A stretch of DNA of 63,927 bases, filler included, from Lama guanicoe (GCA_013239625.1; 74 parts of 72 records of this genome joined end to end with filler, not necessarily neighbours in it), one strand, 5' to 3'. Shown: positions 37,975 to 50,250, counted from the first letter of the whole stretch. Numbers and translations: made by a program. The notes: generated by a model from the letters alone, not told the origin.

Positions 37975-38571
37975 GATGACTGTAGCTCTATCGTATTGTC
38001 TGAAGTCTGGGAGAGTTATTCCTATGGCCTCTTTCTTTCTCTTCGGCAATGCTTTGGCAATTCTAGGTCTTTGATGGTTCCATATAAATTTTATTATGAT
38101 TTGTTCTAGTTCTGTGAAATATATCCTGGGTAATTGGATAGGAAGTTCATTAAATCTGTAGATTGCCTTGGGCAGTGTGACCAGTTTAAAAATATTGATT
38201 CTTCCAATCCAGGAGCATGTAATATCTTTCCATTTTTTAAAGTCTTCTTTTATTTCCTTCATCAACGGTTTATAGTTTTCTGTGTATAATTCTTTCACCT
38301 CCTTGGTTAGATTTATTCCCAGATATTTTATTATTTTGGGTGCTATTTTAAAGGGGATTGTTTCTTTACTTTCTTTTTCTGTTGATTTATCATTAGTAAA
38401 AAGAAACGTAACTGATTTTTGAACGTTAATTTTGTAACCAGCTGCCTTCCTGAATTCTTCAATCAAATCTAGTAGCTTTTGTGTGGACCTTTTAGGGTTT
38501 TCTATATATAGAAACATGTCATTAGCATATAATGACACTTTTATCACTTCATTTCCAATCTGGATCCATTT
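37975..38571 (-). mobile_element. L1 ORF2 RT C-terminal region, open frame
   Basis: [16 protein letters not shown]...[10 protein letters not shown]...[12 protein letters not shown]...[14 protein letters not shown]...[10 protein letters not shown]; catalytic YADD is mutated to YAND. Confidence 0.97.
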
Positions 38572-38671
38572 NNNNNNNNNNNNNNNNNNNNNNNNNNNNN
38601 NNNNNNNNNNNNNNNTTAATTAATTAANNNNNNNNNNNNNNNNNNNNNNNNNNNNNNNNNNNNNNNNNNNN

Positions 38672-39346
38672 TTTCCCCAGCACTCCGTATCATGCATCCA
38701 AACAGGGTAGACAAGTTAAGGGATTTAATAAGAACCAAGGCCCTGCTCTCAGTTGGAGGAGTCTGCCCACTCTCAGGATAACTGTGCAAGTGTTCGTGTG
38801 TGTGCTGGAGGTGTGGAAACAGACTCCACGNNNNNNNNNNNNNNNNNNNNNNNNNNNNNNNNNNNNNNNNNNNNNNNNNNNNNNNNNNNNNNNNNNNNNN
38901 NNNNNNNNNNNNNNNNNNNNNNNNNNNNNNNNNNNNNNNNNNNNNNNNNNNNNNNNNNNNNNNNNNNNNNNNNNNNNNNNNNNNNNNNNNNNNNNNNNNT
39001 TAGAACCCAGGCGCTGCTGTCAGTTGGAGGAACTTCCCTGCACTCAGAATTCCAGAACACATTCTTAGGTGTGGGAGAGATGTGCAGCCCCACTCCACCC
39101 AGATGACTGGAGGAAAAGGTGTTCCGTTTAGGGAGAAGTCCTCTAAGTATTTCCTTAGTGGATCAGGGGGCACTCACTGCTACTTGGCCTCCAAGCAATA
39201 CCCCCAGCTTTCCCTCATGGCCTGGCCTAAAGGAACACTCAGGGAACAGAAGCTCAGGGATTCTAATAGAATCCAGGGGCTGCTGTCACTTTGAGGAACT
39301 TCACCACACTCAGAATACCAGAACATATCTTCGTGTGTGTGCTGGA
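38672..39346 (+). repeat. Highly diverged satellite B variant
   Basis: tagaa(c/t)ccagg(c/g)gctgctgtca at 39001 and 39267 (266 bp); colinear with the satellite B monomer but CpG-poor. Confidence 0.8.
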
Positions 39347-39446
39347 NNNNNNNNNNNNNNNNNNNNNNNNNNNNNNNNNNNNNNNNNNNNTTAATTAATT
39401 AANNNNNNNNNNNNNNNNNNNNNNNNNNNNNNNNNNNNNNNNNNNN

Positions 39447-40213
39447 CTGCATTAACATCACTGAACAGATCATTGAGACAGAAAATAAATTAGGCAACAG
39501 AGAAATAAATAATACAATAGAAATAATACACATGGTGCATATTTTCAGAGCATTGCAACCCCCATAATAGGATATACATTCTTTTGAAGTGCACGTGGAA
39601 TATTTTCCAGGATTCATGATGTACATGGGCACAAAAGAAACCTCAGCAATTTTAAGAGGATAGTAATTACCTCAAGCATTTTTACTGAACACAATACCAT
39701 GAAGCTAGAAATCAGCAACAGAGAAACAAACGATAGCAAAAGGAAAACATGGAGATTAAACAATATTTTATTAAAAAAACCAATGGTTCAATGAAGAAAT
39801 CAATGCTGAAATGAAAAAGTACCTTCAGACTAAAGAAAATGAATACAAAACCATAGAAAATTTATGGGACACAGCAAAAGCAGTGCTGAGAGGGTAGTTT
39901 ATAGTGATACAGGCCTTCCTCAAAAAAGAAGAACAATCACAAATAAACAATTTAACCCACTAGCAGAATGCACTTGGAAAAGAAGTACAAAAAATGCACT
40001 TGGAAAAGAAGTACAAAAAACATAAAAGTCAGCAGAAGTAAGAAATCATAAATATTGGGGAGGAAATAAATAAAATAGAAATTAAAAACACCGTAGGGAA
40101 AAATGCAACAAATCCAAAAGCTGGTTTTCTGAAAAAGTAAGTAAAATCAACAAACCACTGTCCCAACTCAAATAAAAGAAAAGAATGAGAGCACAAATTA
40201 GCAAAATAAGAAA
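39447..40213 (+). mobile_element. Degenerate L1 ORF2 (endonuclease C-terminal half onward) with 26-bp tandem duplication at 39967-40018
   Basis: tatgggacacagcaaaagcagtgctgagaggg (LWDTAKAVLRG) and aaaagctggttt; in-frame stops. Confidence 0.92.
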
Positions 40214-40313
40214 NNNNNNNNNNNNNNNNNNNNNNNNNNNNNNNNNNNNNNNNNNNNTTAATTAATTAANNNNNNNNNNNNNNNNNNNNNNNNNNNNNNN
40301 NNNNNNNNNNNNN

Positions 40314-42062
40314 TAGAATACAGAATACTGATTATAGAATAAAGAATATAGAATGTAGAACATAGAATATAGAATATAGAATGAAAATACTGAATATAGA
40401 AATTTAAATATAGAATGTAGAACACAGAATATAGAATTGAGAATAGAGAATATAGAACCCAGAATTTAGAACATGGAATGCATAAAACACAATTAAGTAT
40501 ATAGAATACAGAATACTGAATATAGAATTTAGAATATAGAATGTAGAACACAGNNNNNNNNNNNNNNNNNNNNACGGAATGCAGAGAATGTACAATATCG
40601 AAGGAAGAACACAGAATTTAGATTATAGAAAAGAGAATATAGAATCCAGAATATAGATCATGGAAATCAGAACACAGAATTGAAATATAGAATAGAATGT
40701 ATCGAAGGAAGAACACAGAATTTATATTATAGAAAAGAGAATATAGAATCCAGAATATAGATCATGGAAATCAGAACACAGAATTGAAATATAGAATACA
40801 GAATACTGAACTGAATNNNNNNNNNNNNNNNNNNNNNNNNNNNNNNNNNNNNNNNNNNNNNNNNNNNNNNNNNTATAGAATTTATAGAATGTATAACACA
40901 GTATATAGAATATAGATTACGGAATGCAGAATAAAGTGTGTAGAATATGGAATGAAGAACTCTTAAATAGAATATAGAATAGAGATTATAGAACAGAACC
41001 NNNNNNNNNNNNNNNNNNNNNNNNNNNNNNNNNNNNNNNNNNNNNNNNNNNNNNNNNNNNNNNNNNNNNNNNNNNNNNNNNNNNNNNNNNNNNNNNNNNN
41101 NNNNNNNNNNNNNNNNNNNNNNNNNNNNNNNNNNNNNNNNNNNNNNNNNNNNNNNNNNNNNNNNNNNNNNNNNNNNNNNNNNNNNNNNNNNNNNNNNNNN
41201 NNNNNNNNNNNNNNNNNNNNNNNNNNNNNNNNNNNNNNNNNNNNNNNNNNNNNNNNNNNNNNNNNNNNNNNNNNNNNNNNNNNNNNNNNNNNNNNNNNNN
41301 NNNNNNNNNNNNNNNNNNNNNNNNNNNNNNNNNNNNNNNNNNNNNNNNNNNNNNNNNNNNNNNNNNNNNNNNNNNNNNNNNNNNNNNNNNNNNNNNNNNN
41401 NNNNNNNNNNNNNNNNNNNNNNNNNNNNNNNNNNNNNNNNNNNNNNNNNNNNNNNNNNNNNNNNNNNNNNNNNNNNNNNNNNNNNNNNNNNNNNNNNNNN
41501 NNNNNNNNNNNNNNNNNNNNNNNNNNNNNNNNNNNNNNNNNNNNNNNNNNNNNNNNNNNNNNNNNNNNNNNNNNNNNNNNNNNNNNNNNNNNNNNNNNNN
41601 NNNNNNNNNNNNNNNNNNNNNNNNNNNNNNNNNNNNNNNNNNNNNNNNNNNNNNNNNNNNNNNNNNNNNNNNNNNNNNNNNNNNNNNNNNNNNNNNNNNN
41701 NNNNNNNNNNNNNNNNNNNNNNNNNNNNNNNNNNNNNNNNNNNNNNNNNNNNNNNNNNNNNNNNNNNNNNNNNNNNNNNNNNNNNNNNNNNNNNNNNNNN
41801 NNNNNNNNNNNNNNNNNNNNNNNNNNNNNNNNNNNNNAAAATAGAATATAGAATTCGGAATGCAGAATATAGAATACAGAATATAGAATTTAGAACACAG
41901 AATATAGAATATGGAAACAGAATACAGAACCCAGTATTAAGAACATTGTATGCAGAATACAGAATATAGACTATAAAATACAGAATACTGAATATAGAAT
42001 TTAGAATATACGGTGTAGAACACAGAACATATAATATAGAATACAGAATTTAGAACATGATA
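40314..42062. repeat. Satellite A (heptamer), gapped
   Basis: 7-bp periodicity across all sequenced segments. Confidence 0.95.
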
Positions 42063-42162
42063 NNNNNNNNNNNNNNNNNNNNNNNNNNNNNNNNNNNNNN
42101 NNNNNNTTAATTAATTAANNNNNNNNNNNNNNNNNNNNNNNNNNNNNNNNNNNNNNNNNNNN

Positions 42163-42942
42163 TGCAATATTGCTGCCGAGATATCAGCTGAAACCTCTCT
42201 GGAGGTTCCATGGTGACTACGTTGTTTCCTCCAGGTGCATTTTAAATCAATGGGATATTCGTGAACTTTGTTGATTTGAATCATACCGCTGCTGGAAGGT
42301 CTATAGGGATTCCACCTACTTTGGACGCTGTGTACTTCCTGAATTTGCATAGATGACTCTTTCTTGGCTTTCAGCAAGTTTCAGTCTGATATTCCAACAG
42401 ATAAGTTCTCAGACATTTTTTGTTTTTTATCTCTTGCTTTTCCATCTGGGACTCTAATGAATTCTAGTCTTTCATGCCCTGTCTATCAACACCAATCATT
42501 GGTTTGCACTTGCTGTCCTATGTCTGCTTCTGACCGAGGGATTTCTGTTCCCCTGTCTTCACAGTCATTCACGCGTCCCTCTGCATTATCTAGTCTGCTA
42601 AGGACTGAACTGTAGCCCTGATATATTCACATCCATTGAGTTTTCTGTTACACTTTGGCTCGTCTTCAGACATTATCTTCCCCCTTTTCTGGTAATATGC
42701 CTTTTGTAATTCTGAGACTCTGTTGTTCCTCAGTGATTTCCTGACCTCCATTTTCAACACTTGGTCTGGATAGGGTTTTGCAGTCTAGTTGTTTGAAAGC
42801 TTATCTTTTGGGCCTTTAATATCTTTGGAACTGAAAATGGTACATATTGCTTATTTTACTGTACTTCTTCAACTCAACTGATCACGTAATATGAGGTATA
42901 TAATGTAGTCTTCTAGGGCTTTGTTAAGTGAAAATTTTAGAC
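42163..42942 (-). mobile_element. Decayed L1 ORF1, copy of the amplified unit
   Basis: QIQEVHSVQSRWNPYRPSS...TWRKQRSHHGTSREVSADISAAIL aligns to L1 ORF1 QIQEAQRxPxRINPxRxTPRH...AREKQxVTYKGxPIRLSADFSAETL; near-identical to 45593-45890. Confidence 0.82.
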
Positions 42943-43042
42943 NNNNNNNNNNNNNNNNNNNNNNNNNNNNNNNNNNNNNNNNNNNNTTAATTAATTAANN
43001 NNNNNNNNNNNNNNNNNNNNNNNNNNNNNNNNNNNNNNNNNN

Positions 43043-43535
43043 AAATCCCAGTGACAGAGGCTGCTTCCCCAAGGTCAGGGAAGGTTTTTCTAGGATTTCC
43101 CAGAGCAGGGAACACCTGAGACTGAAGAGAGCTGCGTGGAGTTGTCTCTTGAGCTCCCCCAGTCAATGACAATGTTTCCGGAATCCTGAGCATGGGGAGG
43201 TTCCACCAACGGTCGGCAGCGCGTGGGTTCTAACGGAATGCCTTGTTCTTCTCCCCTGAGGGTTTTCCTCATGTCTCTGTGCCAGGGAATGCTAGGGGAG
43301 GGGTGTTTGCAGGAAATTACAGTGACAGAGGCTGCCTCCCAAGGTAAGGGAACGTTTTTCTCGGACTTCCAGACCAGGGAACACCTGTGATTAAAGAGAG
43401 CTGCGTGGAGTTGTCTCTCGAGCTCCCCCACTCAATGACAATGGTTCCGGAATCCTGAGCGAGGGAAGATTCCACCAACGGTCGGTAGCGCGTGGGTTCG
43501 AACGGAATGCCTGTGCTCGTCTCCCCTGAGGGTTT
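43043..43535 (-). repeat. Satellite B array
   Basis: gagagctgcgtggagttgtctct at ~43128 and ~43396. Confidence 0.95.
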
Positions 43536-44498
43536 NNNNNNNNNNNNNNNNNNNNNNNNNNNNNNNNNNNNNNNNNNNNTTAATTAATTAANNNNNNNNN
43601 NNNNNNNNNNNNNNNNNNNNNNNNNNNNNNNNNNNACTATTTATGAAACAGATAGTTAAGATTTCTTCACAAAGTCTGAAGGACTCGTTAGAGTTCTGAG
43701 TTCTAAAATGCCAAAAATTTCTTGGCCTCAAGTTTTATTTCGTTGAGCTAATTAAGCTCAGTCCTAGGTCACTGTTTGTTGTATTTATATTTCTGATCTT
43801 CAAGACAAAGACACTCTCTTCCATGTCCCCAGAGAACTGCTCTGTCACTCAGACCCAATTTTATCTCCTTAATTGGCATTTTTGTATCAGTGAGAAGAGC
43901 TGTAAACAAAGAATTCCATGTAATTAAACTTTAAGGTTTTCTTTATTATGTCTTCCAAAGCTTGCATAAGGCAATTATTAAGGTCTCTTTTCCTTGAGTT
44001 ATAAGTTAAACCCAGGGTAANNNNNNNNNNNNNNNNNNNNNNNNNNNNNNNNNNNNNNNNNNNNTTAATTAATTAANNNNNNNNNNNNNNNNNNNNNNNN
44101 NNNNNNNNNNNNNNNNNNNNCATCTCGGTCTCAGCCAGCAAGGCACCTGAGTTCAGGATGGTGTTTGAAGAGTGCAGAGTTCTCGCAAAAAAGAAGTGGT
44201 GGCATGGGAGGGGGGACAGTTGCGTACTTTACTGGGGAGGGAAAAATTGGGCTGAACATTTCCTGGTTGAACAAGAGGATTGTGACATGATATGCTTGTA
44301 TTTTGGAGAGAAGGGTTTTGTGAGGACAGGCCTAGGAGAACGCTGTCTGGCTGGGGAGTCAGCACAACAGAGAAAAACACAGAGAACCAGGCAGAGCCCC
44401 AGGCCCTTGCTGGGGGAGAGGCTGTCCGCCAATTGGAGCCCTGAAGGCTGCTTCATTCCCTTAGCTGGGGCCTCAGAGCTCCCTTCACAACCCACTCC

Positions 44499-44866
44499 TG
44501 TTGATACAAGAGAAAAAAAAAACGTCGGGCATGAGAAGGGCTGTGTCCCATGTTTTGGTTGAGCCCCTGGGATGTGCCCCACCATATTTTATTCCTTGGC
44601 TTCGTGCAGTAAAGAATTCAACAGCAAGCCAGTGTTGAGTAAAGGTAGATTTATTCAGAGAGATACATTGAAAGGCAAGAGAAACGTCACGAGATTTGGG
44701 GGTTTGATGCTCAGATTAAAGGTAGGTACATAATCCACAGACAGAGTGTGGGTCTTTTCCGAAGAGGGAGAGAGAGTGGTGACCGCGAGGTGGCGCTCTG
44801 TTGCTGATTTTCTTGGGTTGGTGGCTTCATATGCTAATAAGTAGAAGGACCAGCCTAAGGGCAAGG
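44499..44866 (-). mobile_element. ERV LTR 3' end (antisense)
   Basis: tgttga boundary (CA end on minus), tttatt (AATAAA on minus) at ~44650, CpGs retained. Confidence 0.65.
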
Positions 44867-44966
44867 NNNNNNNNNNNNNNNNNNNNNNNNNNNNNNNNNN
44901 NNNNNNNNNNTTAATTAATTAANNNNNNNNNNNNNNNNNNNNNNNNNNNNNNNNNNNNNNNNNNNN

Positions 44967-45891
44967 CACGCCTCTGATTTCCGAATACAAGTGCGCTGAG
45001 TACATGCAAGCCGCGTTACCAAGTCGATGGGTGCTGAATGATCCTTGACATCACCTTGGGTATTTTCTTTTGAATAATCATGGTTCCCTTGGTAAATTTC
45101 AGCCATCCGTACCCTTTTGGTNNNNNNNNNNNNNNNNNNNNNNNNNNNNNNNNNNNNNNNNNNNNNNNNNNNNNNNNNNNNNNNNNNNNNNNNNNNNNNN
45201 NNNNNNNNNNNNNNNNNNNNNNNNNNNNNNNNNNNNNNNNNNNNNNNNNNNNNNNNNNNNNNNNNNNNNNNNNNNNNNNNNNNNNNNNNNNNNNNNNNNN
45301 NNNNNNNNNNNNNNNNNNNNNNNNNNNNNNNNNNNNCACTCATGCTCTTCTTGCATTTCCAATAATGGTTTCTTCTTTCCATTTCATCTTGCTGTTTTTC
45401 TATTCAGGGTAGATTTCTCAAACATAATTGTAGGATAAGTTTTGCACTGCTGAATTCTTTTAAGATTTGCTGTTCTGTGGAATTCTCTAGATCTGCCGTT
45501 ATTAGAATTGGTGGTCATTTGGCATAGGCTACCCTAGTTGGCAGCATTTGGCCAGTCATGTTATGTTCTGTGTCCTGGCACTCCTCCCTGTCCTGCAATA
45601 TTGCTGCCGAGATATCAGCTGAAACCCCTCTGGAGGTTCCCTTGTGACTATGTTGTTTCCTCCAGGTGCATTTTAAATCACTGGGATATTCGTGAACTTT
45701 GTTGATTTGAATCATACAGCTGCTGGTCGGTCTATTGGGGTTCCAACTCCTTTGGGTGCTGTGTAATTCCTGAATTAGCATAGATGATTCTACCTTGGCT
45801 TTCAGCAAATTTCAGTCTGATTTTTCTACAGATATATTTTCCGACATTTTTTGTTTCTTTATCTCTTGCTTTCCCATCTGGGACTCTTAGG
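44967..45891 (-). mobile_element. Decayed L1 ORF1 to ORF2 start, longest copy of the amplified unit
   Basis: ORF 45515-45808 ends GVSADISAAILQDREECQD...LPTRVAYAK, matching L1 ORF1 LSADFSAETLQARREWxD...LQPRILYPAK. 44967-45121 TKRVRMAE weakly matches ORF2 IKRHRVAEW. Confidence 0.82.
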
Positions 45892-46180
45892 NNNNNNNNN
45901 NNNNNNNNNNNNNNNNNNNNNNNNNNNNNNNNNNNTTAATTAATTAANNNNNNNNNNNNNNNNNNNNNNNNNNNNNNNNNNNNNNNNNNNNTCCACACTA
46001 ACCCTAAAAGGATCTCTCTGAAACAAAGGCAGATTCACTTCTAAATGTCTGTAAACCGGTGGGCTGCATCTCCCTCCCCTCTTGGCTTCAAGACAATCCT
46101 CTTCCTTGCTGATCCCTTTCTAGATGTAGGGAAGAAACCTGGCAAACAGCCAGGGTGGACTGGCCTCCAGGTAAACTTAC

Positions 46181-46517
46181 CTGCTGTCTGTGTCCAGTCC
46201 CATGACGTCCTCCTTCTCAAACAGGATGCAGAGGAGGGTGATCTTGTCCCCAGACTTGTCGAGGGCCCCATCCAGCTACTTGGACTTGGGCAAGATTAAG
46301 AGTGATTCAGTGAAGTCCTCGATCCTCTTCTCCACCACCCTGCAGTCCTCGTAGATTGAAGGCCACGTTGGTGAGCGACTGCTCGTCTACCTCCCCATAC
46401 AGCACAAAGACAAATAGCTGAGAGTCATTAAGCGATGTGCCATGCACGTGGATCGAAGGTCTTGGCCTAGAGACAGTAGGTACTGGTGACGGGGCCCACG
46501 ACCTTGCGGTGGGTCTG
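46181..46517 (-). pseudogene. Decayed coding exon of an unidentified gene (probable unprocessed pseudogene)
   Basis: Minus strand gives protein-like SIHVHGTSLNDSQLFVFVLYGEVDEQSLTNVAF, a frameshift, then [57 protein letters not shown]. Codons are GC3-rich and it ends at a consensus donor CAG|GTAAGT (46180). Confidence 0.55.
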
Positions 46518-46770
46518 NNNNNNNNNNNNNNNNNNNNNNNNNNNNNNNNNNNNNNNNNNNNTTAATTAATTAANNNNNNNNNNNNNNNNNNNNNNNNNNN
46601 NNNNNNNNNNNNNNNNNATCTGACATGCAGTGTTCACAAATGGTTTGCTTTCTTCATTCAACACAAAAGACGCACTCCCATGAAGGATGTCGAAGGGAGC
46701 CTCCAAGGCCACAAGTCACCCTCAGCACAAAAGACAAAGGGAGCTGGTTTCACGGAAAAAAATAAATCAG

Positions 46771-47098
46771 TAACAAAACCATCACTCCGATTCCACGGAC
46801 GATTCTGAGGGATCTCAAGCCAGCCCCGGGAGCCTTCACTTGCTTCTCCAAGAACTCCATCTGGGCTGCATATATACTGAGCGCTCAAGCCTTAGAAGGA
46901 AAAGCCCACAGTCATTGCGCTAAGACATCTAGATCCATAACACCGTCACCAACATTCCACGGACGATTCTGAGGGATCTCAAGCCAGCCACGGGAGCCTG
47001 CACTTGCTTCTTCAAGAACTCCATCTGGGCTGCATACACACTGGGCGCTAAAGCCTTAGAAGGAAAACCCCGCAGTCATTGTGCTAAGACATCTAGAT
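46771..47098. repeat. 164-bp tandem duplication (2 copies, ~10 substitutions in the core)
   Basis: attccacggacgattctgagggatctcaagccagcc at 46790 and 46954; both copies end gctaagacatctagat. Confidence 0.95.
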
Positions 47099-48547
47099 GC
47101 CTATCTGCTAGTAGGAAAGCTCAGTTGGGCTCAAAGTGGGGCGGTGGCGGGGGGGGGCGTCCACTGAGGTCGAAAACCAATGACTCTGGAAGAAATCAAA
47201 CTTCATGCTTAAATCTTACTCAGGAGAGAACCACTGGCACCGCGGAAGGTGCTGATGCTAAGCCTTCAGCGGGAAACAAAGGTGAAGGGCTGAAGAGAGA
47301 CAATGATACAGGGTTTCTGCTCTGCNNNNNNNNNNNNNNNNNNNNNNNNNNNNNNNNNNNNNNNNNNNNTTAATTAATTAANNNNNNNNNNNNNNNNNNN
47401 NNNNNNNNNNNNNNNNNNNNNNNNNCTGTCCCACCTCTGCAGCCTTTCCATCTCACCCCAAATCACATACTCTGATCTTTCTTGGACATTGCTTGGCTGT
47501 TATCCCTGCTTCCCCCCTGGACATTGTGCATTTTCTAGTCTCGGAGTTCAGATTCCCAGGCAATTATAAAGGTTTGGTTGGGTGAGTGGGTCATTGAGGG
47601 CTACGGGGTGAGGAATGTGGGCTTTTAAGATTCACTATAGGATTTCACTCAGGTGCCTGACCTGAAGGCATCCATTTCCTGAAGGGGACTGGGCAGAGGA
47701 GGTGCCGGACAGCCTGGAGGGGGTCCCAACAGTCTGGCCAGATGGCGAGGGATCTCTCATGGAATCCAGGGTTCCAGTGTGGCCCTGACTTTGCCCCTCA
47801 TTTTGGAAGGACCTGGGGACCGGCAAAGGACAAATCACCCAGTCAAGGCCTAGCCGAAGGCAGTGTTTTTGCCTGGAGCCTGTCAGACCAGGTGTGCTGG
47901 CATGGGGGTTGCAAGGGGATGTGGAAGATTTGGTTCTGATGTACCTGTCTCCCTTTCTCTCATCTTGCCTAGACATGATTTAAGAAGTATACCAAGAAAG
48001 ACAATCAAGAACAAAAATAAAAACCAAAAAACAAAACAAAACAAAACAAAACTCAGTGTAAGGTACAAATTCTTTGCTCTGAGACAGTTCAGACAGTGAG
48101 AACATAATAATGGTTCTGGCTTGGCTGTGAGGGGAGGGTTCCCTGCAGGAAGCTAAGCTNNNNNNNNNNNNNNNNNNNNNNNNNNNNNNNNNNNNNNNNN
48201 NNNTTAATTAATTAANNNNNNNNNNNNNNNNNNNNNNNNNNNNNNNNNNNNNNNNNNNNTTTGTTTTGAACTTGGAGAACAGTTCGGTGAGGGGTGGGTT
48301 TTCTTCTCACAGATGAATTTTGCAGCATCCTTCCCCCAGGAGCACGCTGACAGCTCCGTCATCCTGCATCTAACGCACCCCCGGGATGAGCCTCTAGGAA
48401 GGGACCCTACTGGCATCATTGTAGGCTGGTCTTCTCTCTTGCACACTCCTCTAGCAGCTCCCCATCCCTGGGCATTTTGCAGCAGTGTCTCAAGTCCAGA
48501 ACTGGAACTTGACTGGGAAACCACATCCATTTCAAAATGCAGCATTT

Positions 48548-48596
48548 TCATCTGTTTGTTGGGTGATTCTTGGTGCCCCAGGGATAGGAGTGATAC
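48548..48596 (-). CDS. NEK10: Probable terminal coding exon of NIMA-related kinase 10
   Basis: Branch-like ctgtaactaac, polypyrimidine tract and CAG acceptor, then (R)YHSYPWGTKNHPTNR-TGA. This matches my recollection of the human NEK10 C-terminus RYHSYPWGTKNHPTKR. 3' UTR would run toward 48260. Confidence 0.72.
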
Positions 48597-49251
48597 CTGG
48601 AAGAGTCAGAAGTGGAAAGAGTTAGTTACAGCCTCAGATGTTTTAGTTCACACATTCAATTCCAAAAGCAGCAGCCCAGGTATATAAGTAAACAAATCAC
48701 ATGGAATCAAAATGTGATTCTAAACAGGACAGAATAGGGAGAATGTCAGAAAGCTGCCTTTTGCTGAAGTTCACTGCTAACACTGTGTTTCTCCAACTAT
48801 AAACTCAGTGGGAACTAATAACCTTCTAGAGTGGAAAAGTCACCACTCCAGAGTAGCCTGTATCTTAAATGACTATTTCACATATTCAACAGTTAATTGC
48901 AGGAAAAATAATGCAAGCTGATTCAATGTACTTTTTAAAAAAAATCTCAACACATATTACATTGTCACAAAATAAAATGTTAATGCGTACCCGTAAGTAT
49001 ACAAGGATGATATGTTGGTCATCTCTTCACTTAAAAAACACAACGCTTTTACTCTCATAAACAATGCTGATCAAATTCAGGCGTGCCAGGCTGTAACCTT
49101 CTGGTAAGGAAGCGAACTGTTATGTGTGTAACAGATGTAATTAATGAGACANNNNNNNNNNNNNNNNNNNNNNNNNNNNNNNNNNNNNNNNNNNNTTAAT
49201 TAATTAANNNNNNNNNNNNNNNNNNNNNNNNNNNNNNNNNNNNNNNNNNNN

Positions 49252-50150
49252 GAATCCACGCGCTACCGACCGTTGGTGGAACCTCCCCACGCTCAGCATT
49301 AGGGAAACTTTGTCAGTGCATGGGGGAGCTTGAGAGACAACTCCACGCAGCTCTCTTCAGTCAAAGGTGTTCCCTGTTCGGGGAAGTCCGACAAATACCT
49401 TCCCTGACCTTGGGGAGGCAGCCTCTGGCCCTGGGANNNNNNNNNNNNNNNNNNNNNNNNNNNNNNNNNNNNNNNNNNNNNNNNNNNNNNNNNNNNNNNN
49501 NNNNNNNNNNNNNNNNNNNNNNNNNNNNNNNNNNNNNNNNNNNNNNNNNNNNNNNNNNNNNNNNNNNNNNNNNNNNNNNNNNNNNNNNNNNNNNNNNNNN
49601 NNNNNNNNNNNNNNNNNNNNNNNNNNNNNNNNNNNNNNNNNNNNNNNNNNNNNNNNNNNNNNNNNNNNNNNNNNNNNNNNNNNNNNNNNNNNNNNNNNNN
49701 NNNNNNNNNNNNNNNNNNNNNNNNNNNNNNNNNNNNNNNNNNNNNNNNNNNNNNNNNNNNNNNNNNNNNNNNNNNNNNNNNNNNNNNNNNNNNNNNNNNN
49801 NNNNNNNNNNNNNNNNNNNNNNNNNNNNNNNNNNNNNNNCAGTGCGTGGGGGAGCTCGAGAGAAAACTCCACGCACCTCTCTTCAGTCCCAGGTGTTCCC
49901 TGTTCGGGGAAGTCCGAGAAATACCTTCTCTGAACTTGGGGAGGCAGCCTCTGTCCCTGGGACTTCCTACAAAATCCCCTAGCATTCCCTGGCACAGAGA
50001 CATTAGGAAAACCCTCAGGGGAGGCGAGCTTAGGCATTCCGTTAGAACCCACGCGCTGCCGACCGTTGGTGGAACCGCCCCACGCTCATTATTCAGGAAC
50101 AAATGTCAGTGCGTGGGGGAGCTCGAGGGACAACTCCACGCAGCTCTCTT
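49252..50150 (+). repeat. Satellite B array
   Basis: cagtgcgtgggggagctcgag at 49840 and 50107 (267 bp). Confidence 0.95.
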
Positions 50151-50250
50151 NNNNNNNNNNNNNNNNNNNNNNNNNNNNNNNNNNNNNNNNNNNNTTAATT
50201 AATTAANNNNNNNNNNNNNNNNNNNNNNNNNNNNNNNNNNNNNNNNNNNN

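Noticed and set aside
47635..47976. 113-aa minus-strand ORF with a possible internal exon (cccag|GTCCTT...CAG|gtcagg)
   Set aside because: Weak donor and S/G/P-rich peptide without recognisable homology; unsupported without a search.
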